A DNA stretch of 64,000 nt from an uncultured Oscillospiraceae bacterium. Lineage in GTDB: Bacteria > Bacillota > Clostridia > Oscillospirales > Oscillospiraceae. Made by a program: the position numbers and the translations under genes. Below, in pieces: positions 9,671 to 18,898 of the stretch (its first letter is position 1; each line of letters opens with the position of its first letter). Where the stretch lies: assembly GCA_910578575.1 (NCBI GenBank), contig CAJTQP010000002.1:11245-75244 (forward strand), in the 5' to 3' direction. The notes under the pieces are model-generated. The model was given only the letters and a program-made list of their open reading frames with translations, ran no database searches and was not told where the DNA came from.

Positions 9671-9929
9671 GGTCGGCCCCTACACTATTTTTTTCTGGTC
9701 CAACGAGAGTGATCCCTTGGAGCCGATCCACGTTCACGTTGCAGAACGAGCCAATCCCAATGCGACAAAAATTTGGATCACCTCCACCGGAAAATGCTAC
9801 CTATGCCACAATAAGTCCCGTATTCCTGACCGAATCCTTCGGGATATCATGCGGGTCATTGAAGCACGTTATCAGGAAATCGAGGCCCGTTGGTGTGCGC
9901 ACTTTGGCCAAATAACATACTTTTGCTAA
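9654..9929 (+). CDS. DUF4160 domain protein
   Basis: FWSNE..EPIHVHV and ATKIW motifs. Confidence 0.8.
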   Translation: MPQIFKVGPYTIFFWSNESDPLEPIHVHVAERANPNATKIWITSTGKCYLCHNKSRIPDRILRDIMRVIEARYQEIEARWCAHFGQITYFC

Positions 9930-9981
9930 ACCCCATAACACAGTCCCAAAACGACCTTTTCTCAACGCAAAATAAGCGCAC

Positions 9982-10016
9982 AAAAGCGGCACATGGCGTA
10001 GTTCCATGTGCCGCTT
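9982..10016. terminator. Terminator between DUF4160 gene and metQ
   Basis: aagcggcacatgg...ccatgtgccgctt stem. Confidence 0.75.
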
Positions 10017-10038
10017 CGCTGTTATCACAGTTCTTTTC

Positions 10039-10881
10039 TCAGAACAGGGGCACCACAGCGCCCTTGTAGGTCTCTTCGATAAAGCTGCGCACCTCGTCGG
10101 TCTTGAGGGCCTTGATGAGGGCCTGAATGGCCTCGTTGTTCTCGTTGCCTTCCTTCACGCACAGGACGTTGGGGTAGGGGGTGGTGTCGGAGGTCTCAAT
10201 GGCCAGGGCGTCCTTGGTGGGGTCAAAGCCACCCTCCAGGGCATAGTTGGAGTTGATGACGGACAGGTCCACGTCCTCCACGGTCTGGGGCAGCATGGCG
10301 GCCTCCATCTCGGAGAACTTCAGGTTCTTGGGGTTGTCGGCAATGTCGTTGGGGGTAGACTCCAGGTTGGTGCTGTCCTTCAGGGTGATGAGGCCCTGGG
10401 ACTCCAGCAGCAACAGGGCGCGGCCCTCGTTGGTGGGGTCGTTGGGGATGGCGATGGTGGCGCCGTCGGGCAGGGCCTCCAGGCTGTCGCACTTGCCGGC
10501 ATAGATGCCCATGGGCTCATAGTGCAGCTCGGCTACGGCCACCAGATGGGTGCCATTCTTGGCGTTGTGGCTCTCCATATAGGGGGTGTGCTGGAAGTAG
10601 TTGGCGTCGTCCTCCCCCTCTTCCACGGCGGTGTTGGGGACCACATAGTCGCCATATTCCACAATTTCCAGGGTGATGCCCTGTTCCTTCAGGGGCTCCA
10701 CCACCTGCTTGAGGATCTCAGCGTGGGGGGTGGGGGAAGCGCCCACCCGCAGGGTGACGGCCTCGCCGTTGTTGGTTTCGTCGGTCTTGCCCTCTTCCTC
10801 GGCGGGGGCGGGGGTGGTGCCGCAGGCAGCCAGGGCCAGGGCCATGGTCAGGGCCAGGAGCAATGCAAGGATCTTTTTCAT
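10039..10881 (-). CDS. metQ: Methionine ABC transporter substrate-binding lipoprotein
   Basis: Lipobox LAAC; ANYFQH, IPNDPTNEGRAL (NlpA family). Confidence 0.93.
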   Translation of the reverse strand: MKKILALLLALTMALALAACGTTPAPAEEEGKTDETNNGEAVTLRVGASPTPHAEILKQVVEPLKEQGITLEIVEYGDYVVPNTAVEEGEDDANYFQHTPYMESHNAKNGTHLVAVAELHYEPMGIYAGKCDSLEALPDGATIAIPNDPTNEGRALLLLESQGLITLKDSTNLESTPNDIADNPKNLKFSEMEAAMLPQTVEDVDLSVINSNYALEGGFDPTKDALAIETSDTTPYPNVLCVKEGNENNEAIQALIKALKTDEVRSFIEETYKGAVVPLF

Positions 10882-10926
10882 TTTGGTTCCTCCTTCAAGA
10901 AAATGTTTGGGAGCCCGGAGGCTCGT

Positions 10927-11607
10927 TTATCTCAGACGCTTGTCCGTTTTGGTGGACAGCAAACTGAACACGGATTGGATGATCTGCACCAGGATGATGA
11001 TGAGGATCACCGTGGCCCAGAGCATGGAGTCCACGCCCCGCTGGTAGCCATAGCGGATGGCCAGGTCCCCCAGGCCCCCCGCGCCGATGGCACCGGCCAT
11101 GGCGGTGTAAGCCAGGATGGTGATGGTGGAGATGGACCCCCCCAGGATCAGGGAGGGCTTGGCCTCCGGGAGGTAGACCTTCCGCACGATCTGGGGCACG
11201 CTGGCCCCCATGGATTGGGCGGCCTCGATGACCCCGGCGTCCACCTCCATCAGGGAGGTCTCCACCATGCGGGCGATAAAGGGAGCGGCGGAGATCACCA
11301 GGGGCGGCGTGGCCCCCCGGACCCCCAACTTGGTGCCCACCAGGAACTTGGTAAAGCCCATCACCAAGATCATCAGGATGATGAAGGGCAGGGAGCGACC
11401 GATGTTGACGATCCAACCCAGGACCCGGTTGACCACCTTGTTGGGCCAGATCCCATGGGGCTGGGTGATCACCAGGAACACCCCGATGGGCACCCCCAGG
11501 ATATAGGCAAAGATGGTGGCCACGACGGTCATAATCAAGGTGTCGCGGGTCCCTTGGAGCAAGATGGTCCCGTATTCCGCCCAAAAGGCGCCGAGGGCTT
11601 CAAACAT
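10927..11607 (-). CDS. metI: Methionine ABC transporter permease
   Basis: RSLPFIIL, EAAQSMGA, GAGGLGDLAIRYGY. Confidence 0.93.
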   Translation of the reverse strand: MFEALGAFWAEYGTILLQGTRDTLIMTVVATIFAYILGVPIGVFLVITQPHGIWPNKVVNRVLGWIVNIGRSLPFIILMILVMGFTKFLVGTKLGVRGATPPLVISAAPFIARMVETSLMEVDAGVIEAAQSMGASVPQIVRKVYLPEAKPSLILGGSISTITILAYTAMAGAIGAGGLGDLAIRYGYQRGVDSMLWATVILIIILVQIIQSVFSLLSTKTDKRLR

Positions 11608-12652
11608 CTGCGGGCACCTCCTCTACTGTGATATCCGCTTGACCGCGGAGATAGCGCAGGGCTTTTCCGGCCTCACCCTCGTCCTTGGGCAGGCCCAAGA
11701 GCATGGAGCCGAAGGCCTTGCCGTCGATGTTCCGGGTGTCGGCCCCTAAGATGTTCACCTTCACCCCGCAGTCGATGGCCAGGGAGGCGATGAGGGGCTC
11801 GTAGGAGGAGCCGCCGTTGAACACCACCCGCACCACCTTGGTGCTGGTGAGTTTTGGGATCTGCACCCCGTCGGGGTAGACGAACTGGCGGCCGATGGCG
11901 CTCTTGGGGTTGGCGAAAATGTCGGCCACGTTGCCCTCCTCCGCCACCACGCCCCCGTCCAGGATGGCCACCCGATGGCAGATCGCCTCGATGACGTTCA
12001 TCTGGTGGGTGATGACCACCATGGTCACCCCCAGCTTCTGGTTCAGCTCCTTGAGCAGCTCCAGGATGGACTGGGTGGTGGAGGGGTCCAGGGCGGAGGT
12101 TGCCTCGTCGCACAACAGCACCTTGGGGTCCGTGGCCAGGGCGCGGGCGATGGCCACCCGCTGCTTCTGGCCCCCGGAGAGCTGGGCGGGGTAGGCGTTC
12201 TCCCGCTCCGCCAGGCCCACCAGTTTCAGCAGGCTCCGGGCCTTTTCCCTGGCTTGCGTCCCCTTCATCCCCGCCAGCTCCAGGGGGAAGCAGATGTTCT
12301 CCAGGGCGGTGCGCTGCATGAGCAGGTTGAAGCTCTGGAAAATCATGCTGATGGATTGCCGGGCCCGGCGCAGCTCCCGGATGGAGAGCTGGGTGATGTC
12401 CCGTCCCTCCACCAGGACCTTCCCGGAGGTGGGGCGCTCCAGGAGGTTCATGCACCGCACCAGGGTGGACTTCCCCGCCCCGGACAGGCCGATGATGCCA
12501 AAGATCTCCCCTGGGCGGATGTCCAGGTTGATGTCCCCCAGGGCCTGGACCTGGCTGGGTCCGGCGCCGAAGGTCTTATTCAAATGTTGGATCTGGATGG
12601 ACGCCCCGCTAGAGCCCTTGGTCTCTTGCACTTGTATGGAATCGTCGCGCAC
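11600..12652 (-). CDS. metN: Methionine ABC transporter ATP-binding protein
   Basis: GLSGAGKS, LCDEATSALD, C-terminal NIL domain; probable GTG start downstream of T-box. Confidence 0.92.
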   Translation of the reverse strand: MRDDSIQVQETKGSSGASIQIQHLNKTFGAGPSQVQALGDINLDIRPGEIFGIIGLSGAGKSTLVRCMNLLERPTSGKVLVEGRDITQLSIRELRRARQSISMIFQSFNLLMQRTALENICFPLELAGMKGTQAREKARSLLKLVGLAERENAYPAQLSGGQKQRVAIARALATDPKVLLCDEATSALDPSTTQSILELLKELNQKLGVTMVVITHQMNVIEAICHRVAILDGGVVAEEGNVADIFANPKSAIGRQFVYPDGVQIPKLTSTKVVRVVFNGGSSYEPLIASLAIDCGVKVNILGADTRNIDGKAFGSMLLGLPKDEGEAGKALRYLRGQADITVEEVPADV

Positions 12653-12677
12653 AGCGTTCCCTTCTTTCTGTCTGGTA

Positions 12678-12945
12678 TAAAAAAATCGCCCTTGAACCGC
12701 TGTCAAGGACGACTGTATCGCCGTGGTACCACCTTGGTTTGCCGGACCCCTCACGGACCCCGGCCTCTCCGGGTGCTGACACACCCTTGCGCAATGACGG
12801 GCGCACCCGTCGCAGCCTGCGGGATTGCTCCCGGTCGGTGCGAGACTCCGAGGCCATCTTCCCCCAGGCATTCCGCGCCCTCTCCCACCAGTGTAGGGCT
12901 CTCTGTGCCGTAGCTCCCAGGGTACTCTTCTCTTCATCGTCTTTG
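12678..12945 (-). promoter_or_regulatory. T-box riboswitch, Met specifier
   Basis: AGAGA and GGTG boxes, specifier AUG at 12855-12857, T-box AAGGTGGTACCACG at 12722-12735, terminator with U run; TTGACA-N17-TAAATT upstream. Confidence 0.9.
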
Positions 12946-13088
12946 TGTTGTTCGCTTGTTACCCAATAATTTACGACAAATCGGCGCAAATGTCAAGGAG
13001 AAATCTGACGAAGTGGGGAAAAATGTGGGGGGTGGGGTTGTGTAAAACATATAGTTTTTCTGGGTAATGTTGCCCTGCCGCCTTTGCG

Positions 13089-13119
13089 TTGACATTGTCC
13101 ATGGATCGTGCTACAATGT
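13089..13119 (+). promoter_or_regulatory. dinJ-yafQ promoter with palindromic operator
   Basis: TTGACA-N17-TACAAT overlapped by ACATTGT...ACAATGT inverted repeat. Confidence 0.75.
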
Positions 13120-13145
13120 GAAAAACAAATTGGGGGGAGTTCACC

Positions 13146-13415
13146 ATGAAGCAAACCACACTGAATGTACGCATGGACGAAGAAACCCGCCGGCGGTTTG
13201 ACGCCTTCTGCTCCAGCATCGGCCTGACTGCCTCCGCCGCCGTAAACCTCTTTGTGAAATCCGTGCTCCGGGAGCACAGGATCCCCTTCGAGATCACGGA
13301 CCGGCCCAGTTGGGAGACCCTGGAGGTGATGGAGGATACCCTGAACCGCCGCAACCTCCACGGCCCCTTTGCCTCCGTGGATGCCCTGATGGAGGACTTG
13401 GATGCTCCAGATTGA
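13146..13415 (+). CDS. dinJ: RelB/DinJ family antitoxin
   Basis: LNVRMDEE..IGLTASAAVNLF..IPF; C-terminal SVDALMEDL. Confidence 0.9.
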   Translation: MKQTTLNVRMDEETRRRFDAFCSSIGLTASAAVNLFVKSVLREHRIPFEITDRPSWETLEVMEDTLNRRNLHGPFASVDALMEDLDAPD

Positions 13416-13680
13416 ATACCACACCCAGTTCCGCCGGGATTACCGCCTGGCAAAAAAGCGGGGCTACGACCTATCCCTTCTCCGCCAGGTGATCGCACTG
13501 CTGGCCCAGGAACAGCCCTTGCCCGCCCAGTACCGGGACCACCCATCGGTGGCGTCGAAACAATATAAAAATATGCGGGAATGCCATTTGCAGCCCGACT
13601 GGCTGCTCATCTATCATGTGGATACAGACCGCCTTGTTCTGGACCTTATGCGTACGGGTACCCATAGTGACCTATTCTAA
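13402..13680 (+). CDS. yafQ: YafQ family mRNA interferase toxin
   Basis: YRDH, RECHLQPDWLLIY, RTGTHSDLF. Confidence 0.92.
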   Translation: MLQIEYHTQFRRDYRLAKKRGYDLSLLRQVIALLAQEQPLPAQYRDHPSVASKQYKNMRECHLQPDWLLIYHVDTDRLVLDLMRTGTHSDLF

Positions 13681-13681
13681 C

Positions 13682-13711
13682 AAAAGCCGCCCCAATCGGA
13701 GCGGCTTTTTT
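13682..13711. terminator. Bidirectional terminator
   Basis: aaaagccgc...gcggctttttt. Confidence 0.8.
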
Positions 13712-14292
13712 CATATTAAACGGTAAAAGATATCCTCCAAGTGGATGTCCAAATCGTCGTATAGGCTGCACTGGAAGGTGGTGATCACAGCTGCGCGTTC
13801 CTCCTGAGTCAAGCGTGCCAAGAACCAGTCGGGGTGGAGCACGTAAACCTCATGGGTAACAAAGTGCCCATCCTGGAGGAAATACTGCTCCACAGTTCTA
13901 TCGTTGGGGCTGACGATCCAGTACTCCCGGACCCCACAGCGTTCATAGACCTCCCGTTTGTGGTTTCGGTCGTATTTGGCCGTGCTGGGAGACAGGACCT
14001 CCACCACCAGGTCCGGCGCGCCGTGGACGCCATCTGGGGCGATCTTATCCCGGTCACAGACGATCATCCCATCGGGGACGAAACGGTCTTTCTCTGTCAA
14101 ATATAAATCCGTCCCGTCAGGAAATGGCGTGCAGCGCTTTCCGTGCAGATAGTTGGAAAAAATACGATAGATATTTCCAGCGACGAAATTATGGTTCACT
14201 GCGGGCCGCGGGGACATGAGGACGACATCACCGTCGATAAGCTCCTCCCAAGGCGCCTCCTGGAACGCCAGGTTATGGTCTAAATTCGCCAT
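13711..14292 (-). CDS. Uma2 family putative endonuclease
   Basis: ELIDG, VPDGMIVCD, APDLVVEVLSPST, GVREYWIV. Confidence 0.92.
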   Translation of the reverse strand: MANLDHNLAFQEAPWEELIDGDVVLMSPRPAVNHNFVAGNIYRIFSNYLHGKRCTPFPDGTDLYLTEKDRFVPDGMIVCDRDKIAPDGVHGAPDLVVEVLSPSTAKYDRNHKREVYERCGVREYWIVSPNDRTVEQYFLQDGHFVTHEVYVLHPDWFLARLTQEERAAVITTFQCSLYDDLDIHLEDIFYRLI

Positions 14293-14403
14293 GGGCGCAC
14301 CTCCTTTTTTTTATTATACCCCACCGGCCCTGGGTTTCGCAAGCCCAGGCGCGAAAAAGCCGCCCTTCGGAACCCACGTCTCCGAAAGGCGGCTCGTCTC
14401 CCC

Positions 14404-15732
14404 TTAGGGCAAACACTGCAAGGGGTCAATGGGCTCCTCCTGCCACAGCACTTCAAAGTGGCAATGGGGCCCGGTGGCTCGTCCGGTGGCCCCCACCTGG
14501 GCAATGGTCTGGCCCTGGACCACCTGGTCCCCTGCCTGGACCAACAGCTGGGAGCAGTGGGCGTAGTAGGTCACATAGCCGTTGCCGTGGTCGATCTTTA
14601 CCAGGTTGCCATAGGTCCCCTTCTCCCCGGCCCAGGTCACGGTACCATCGGCAGAGGCCACGATGGTGCTGCCCTGGGCGGCGGCGATGTCCGCCCCCCG
14701 GTGGAAGCTGGTGGAGCCGAAGATGTCCCGGCTGCCAAAGCCAGAGGTGACGCTGCCCATACAGGGCCAGAGGAAGCGCCCCTGGGCCCCCTCCACCCCC
14801 TGGCCGGTGCCCACGGCGATCTGGGTGGACACCGGGGCCAGGACGGGGATGGTGGACAGGTTCTCCCGCTGGGTCTCCTCCCCGCAGCGGTAGATCACCC
14901 GGTCTGTGCGCTGCTCCTTGCCGGGGACCCCCTCCCGGCGCTGGACCCGCTCCCCCACCAGCAGGCTGGGGTCGTCGATCCGCTCCTCCTCCGGGGGGAT
15001 CTGGGCGGTATAGGTCTCCAATTCCTCGGTGTACACCGCCAGCTTCGGGACAGGCTCAGCCTGTCCCCCCTCCGGGGCGAACACCGCCTGGACCTCCTCC
15101 TGGCCCAGGAGCTGCTGGGTCAATTCCTCCCCGGTGAGGATGGGGGTCCCGCTGGGGAGGTAGTCCAGCACCACCTCCACCGCATTGCCAAAGTAGACGG
15201 CGGCGGTAGAGGGGCCGCTGTAGTGGTCCTTCACCTGCTGGAGGGCCCCCTGGACCTCCCCCTCCTCCAGGCAGGCCCCCACAAGGGTGCCGTCGACCAT
15301 GAGCACATAGGCCGCCTGGACCTGCTCCACGGTGTCCATCAGGGAGTCGGCCAGCTGGCCGGGGTCCTGGATGGTCTCCTTGGGGGCGATGGTCAGGTGC
15401 ACCTGGGCGTCCTGGTAGGCGTAGTCCGTTTGGAGGATGGCGGAGACCTGTTCCTCCACCCGCTCCACCGCCTGCTGGTAAGTCTCCGCCCCCTGGATGT
15501 AGGCCACTTGCCCGCCGTCGGTGGTCACCGCGTAGCACAGGGTACAGCTGGACACCAGCAGCGCCCCCGCCGCCGACAGGCCCGTGAGCCCCAAAAGGAA
15601 GCCCGCCGCCACGTCCTTGCGCCGCCGCCGCCCCTCCAGGGCTGCCGGGAGGGGAAGGGGGTGCTCTGAGAGCTGGTAGGGTGGACGCTCTGCCTCCCGT
15701 CCAGCGTCCTTGGAAAAGCCGTTCTTCTTCAC
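14404..15732 (-). CDS. M23 family peptidase with G5-like domain
   Basis: HRGADIA, YAHC, TGPHCHFEV; N-terminal TM anchor. Confidence 0.88.
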   Translation of the reverse strand: MKKNGFSKDAGREAERPPYQLSEHPLPLPAALEGRRRRKDVAAGFLLGLTGLSAAGALLVSSCTLCYAVTTDGGQVAYIQGAETYQQAVERVEEQVSAILQTDYAYQDAQVHLTIAPKETIQDPGQLADSLMDTVEQVQAAYVLMVDGTLVGACLEEGEVQGALQQVKDHYSGPSTAAVYFGNAVEVVLDYLPSGTPILTGEELTQQLLGQEEVQAVFAPEGGQAEPVPKLAVYTEELETYTAQIPPEEERIDDPSLLVGERVQRREGVPGKEQRTDRVIYRCGEETQRENLSTIPVLAPVSTQIAVGTGQGVEGAQGRFLWPCMGSVTSGFGSRDIFGSTSFHRGADIAAAQGSTIVASADGTVTWAGEKGTYGNLVKIDHGNGYVTYYAHCSQLLVQAGDQVVQGQTIAQVGATGRATGPHCHFEVLWQEEPIDPLQCLP

Positions 15733-15968
15733 AAGCTTGCTCCTTTCCTTTGTGGTGGGATAAAACTACAAAACTGTTACAAACTGGTAACGATTCCAGG
15801 ATAAAAGCCCCAGCCCCATTCGTCAAGGGGGCGCTTTTCAGAGATTTTGGCCCCTTTGGGCGCTTTTCTTAGAAGCGCCACGGATTCGTCCAGAATTTTT
15901 TTGCAGGAACCCTTTACACGCTATATTCCAGCGGGTATAATAATACGGATTGTTAAAGGAGGGAACCC

Positions 15969-16346
15969 ATGCACGGTACATTTTCCCAGGCGCTGTCCCG
16001 GCTGCGCCGCGAGAAAGGGGTCAGCCAACGGCAGGCGGCCCAGGCGTTGGAGGTATCCCAGGCCCTCCTGTCCCACTACGAGAATGGGATCCGGGAGCCG
16101 GGCCTGGCCTTTGTGGCCCGCGCCTGCGACTACTATCAGGTCTCAGCGGACTATCTCCTGGGGCGCACCGGGGAGCGCAGCGGCCCCAAGCCGCCGCCGG
16201 AGGATGCGGAGGGCTCGGAACAGCTGCTCCTGCGCACCGGTCAGGCCCTGGGCAACGCCTGGGCACAGCTGTGCCGGAGCGACCCAGCCCTGGCCCCCCT
16301 GTTTCTGCGCCTGTCTGAGGCCCTGGCCCAGGAGGGCAAGCACTAA
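15969..16346 (+). CDS. XRE family HTH regulator
   Basis: [30 protein letters not shown]. Confidence 0.9.
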   Translation: MHGTFSQALSRLRREKGVSQRQAAQALEVSQALLSHYENGIREPGLAFVARACDYYQVSADYLLGRTGERSGPKPPPEDAEGSEQLLLRTGQALGNAWAQLCRSDPALAPLFLRLSEALAQEGKH

Positions 16347-16389
16347 AGCGCCCACCGCCCCGGCGGCAGCGCAGTTAGGAGGAAGCAAC

Positions 16390-18195
16390 ATGACGGAACA
16401 ATCCAACATCCGTAATTTTTCCATCATCGCCCACATCGACCACGGTAAGTCCACCCTGGCCGACCGGCTGCTGGAGCTGTGCAACGCCGTCTCCGAACGG
16501 GAGATGGAGAACCAGCTCTTGGACAATATGGACCTGGAACGGGAGCGGGGCATCACCATCAAGGCCCGCGCCGTGACCATCCAGTATGATGCCCTGGACG
16601 GGGAGCGCTATACCCTCAACCTCATCGACACCCCCGGCCATGTGGACTTTAACTATGAGGTCTCCCGCTCCCTGGCCGCCTGCGAAGGGGCGGTGCTGGT
16701 GGTGGACGCCTCCCAGGGGGTGGAGGCCCAGACCCTGGCCAACACCTACCTGGCCATGGAGCACGACCTGGAGATCCGGCCGGTGATCAACAAGATCGAC
16801 CTCCCCGCCGCCGACGTGCCCCGTGTGAAAACCGAGGTGGAGAACGTCATCGGTCTGGAGGCCCAGGACGCCCCCGCCATCTCCGCCAAGCTGGGGCAGA
16901 ACATCCGGGACGTGCTGGAGGACGTGGTGAACCACATCCCCGCCCCCAGCGGAGACCCCACGGCCCCCTTCAAGGCCCTGATCTTTGACAGCCAGTATGA
17001 CGCCTACCGGGGGGTGGTGGTCTACTTCCGGGTGATGGACGGCAGCCTGACCCTCTCGGACACCGTGCGCATGATGGCCTCCGGGGCCACATACAGTTTG
17101 GTAGAGATCGGCCGGCTCCTGCCCACCCGCTTAGAGCCCTGCGACAAGCTCTCCGCCGGAGAGGTGGGCTATTTGACCGCCTCCATCAAGAACGTGAAGG
17201 ACACCCAGGTGGGGGACACCATCACCACCGTGGAGCGCCCGGCGGCGGAGCCCCTGCCCGGCTACCGCCCCGCCCGGAGCATGGTGTATTGCGGCATCTA
17301 CACCGAGGACGGCTCCAAGTACCCCGATCTGCGGGACGCATTGGAGAAGCTACAGCTCAACGACGCCTCCCTGACCTTCGAGCCGGAGACCTCCGTGGCC
17401 CTGGGCTTTGGCTTTCGCTGCGGCTTTTTGGGGATGCTCCACATGGAGATCATCCAGGAGCGCCTGGAGCGGGAGTTTGACCTGGACCTCATCACCACCC
17501 TGCCCAACGTCATCTATCAGGTGACCCGCACCGACGGCAGCGAGCTGCGGGTGGACAATCCCCACAACTACCCCGACCCCTCCCAGATCACCGAGCAGCG
17601 GGAGCCCTACGTGAAGGTCTCCATCATCTCCCCTCCAGACTACGTGGGCAACATCATGCCCATGTGCCAGGAGCGCCGGGGGGAGTTCAAGGACATGCAG
17701 TACTTGGACACCAACCTGGTGGAGATCCACTACCACATGCCCCTCAACGAGATCATCTACGACTTCTTCGACGCCTTGAAGGCCAAGACGCGGGGCTATG
17801 CCTCCCTGGACTATGAGTTTTTGGACTACCGCCCCTCAGACCTGGTAAAAGTGGACCTGCTGCTCAACGGGGACCAGGTGGACGCCCTGTCCTTCATCGC
17901 CCACCGGGAAAAGGCCTACGCCCGCGCCCGGCGGATCTGCGAAAAGCTCAAGGAGAACATCCCCCGCCAGCTCTTCGAGGTCCCCGTCCAGGCGGCCATC
18001 GGAGGGAAGATCATCGCCAGGGAGACCGTGAAGGCCATGCGCAAGGACGTGCTGGCCAAGTGCTACGGCGGCGACATCACCCGGAAAAAGAAGCTCTTGG
18101 AAAAGCAGAAAGAGGGCAAGAAGAAGATGCGCACTCTGGGCACCGTCCAGCTCCCCACGGAGGCGTTCATGGCGGTGCTGAAGCTGGACGAGTGA
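16390..18195 (+). CDS. lepA: Translation elongation factor 4
   Basis: [38 protein letters not shown]. Confidence 0.98.
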   Translation: MTEQSNIRNFSIIAHIDHGKSTLADRLLELCNAVSEREMENQLLDNMDLERERGITIKARAVTIQYDALDGERYTLNLIDTPGHVDFNYEVSRSLAACEGAVLVVDASQGVEAQTLANTYLAMEHDLEIRPVINKIDLPAADVPRVKTEVENVIGLEAQDAPAISAKLGQNIRDVLEDVVNHIPAPSGDPTAPFKALIFDSQYDAYRGVVVYFRVMDGSLTLSDTVRMMASGATYSLVEIGRLLPTRLEPCDKLSAGEVGYLTASIKNVKDTQVGDTITTVERPAAEPLPGYRPARSMVYCGIYTEDGSKYPDLRDALEKLQLNDASLTFEPETSVALGFGFRCGFLGMLHMEIIQERLEREFDLDLITTLPNVIYQVTRTDGSELRVDNPHNYPDPSQITEQREPYVKVSIISPPDYVGNIMPMCQERRGEFKDMQYLDTNLVEIHYHMPLNEIIYDFFDALKAKTRGYASLDYEFLDYRPSDLVKVDLLLNGDQVDALSFIAHREKAYARARRICEKLKENIPRQLFEVPVQAAIGGKIIARETVKAMRKDVLAKCYGGDITRKKKLLEKQKEGKKKMRTLGTVQLPTEAFMAVLKLDE

Positions 18196-18225
18196 CCCCA
18201 CAACACAAAAAAGGAGGCCGTCCCC

Positions 18226-18816
18226 ATGTCGGCAAGAGAAGAATTTATCGAGGTGTATCAGGAACACATCCACCGGGAGGGCGCCGACGCCCTGCTGGAC
18301 TACCTGAGCAACAAAAGCGACTTTTTCACCGCCCCGGCCTCCGCCCGCTACCACGGGGCCTACGCCGGGGGGCTGTGTGAGCACAGCCTCAACGTCTACC
18401 ACTGCCTGGCGGACTACCTCCAGCGGGAGCGGGTCACGGACCTCTATGGCCTGGAGTACAGCCCGGAATCCATCGCCCTGGTGTCCCTGCTCCACGACGT
18501 GTGTAAGATCGGCTGCTACAAGCCCTCCACCCGCAACGTCAAGGGCCCCGACGGGAAGTGGACCCAGGTGCCCACCTTCCAGTTCGAGGACCCCCTGCCC
18601 TACGGCCACGGGGAGAAGTCGGTGTATGTGGTCAACGGCTTCGTGCGCCTGACGCGGGAGGAGGCCATGGCCATCCGCTGGCACATGGGCTTTTCCGGCA
18701 CCGAGGACAACCGCCTGGTGGGGCGGGCCTTTGTGAAATACCCCCTGGCCTTCGCCCTGTCCGTGGCGGATATGGAGGCCTCTTACTTCTTAGAACAAGA
18801 AGGAACTTCATTCTAA
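18226..18816 (+). CDS. HD domain hydrolase
   Basis: APAS..YH..GGLCEHS, LLHDVCK, GHGEKS, IRWHM. Confidence 0.88.
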   Translation: MSAREEFIEVYQEHIHREGADALLDYLSNKSDFFTAPASARYHGAYAGGLCEHSLNVYHCLADYLQRERVTDLYGLEYSPESIALVSLLHDVCKIGCYKPSTRNVKGPDGKWTQVPTFQFEDPLPYGHGEKSVYVVNGFVRLTREEAMAIRWHMGFSGTEDNRLVGRAFVKYPLAFALSVADMEASYFLEQEGTSF

Positions 18817-18898
18817 TTCTGATCCGCGCACACCCCCGCGCCATACCCAACGCGCCCCCCTGCGGATCGAGGGCGCAGGAAAGGAAATTTTGACATTC

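Noticed and set aside
12653..12937. N-terminal extensions of MetN and of LeuA (42330-42512)
   Set aside because: They run through T-box leaders
15847..16389. 181-aa N-terminal extension of LepA in the ORF track
   Set aside because: Overlaps the XRE gene in another frame; the true start is ATG 16390 after AGGAGG
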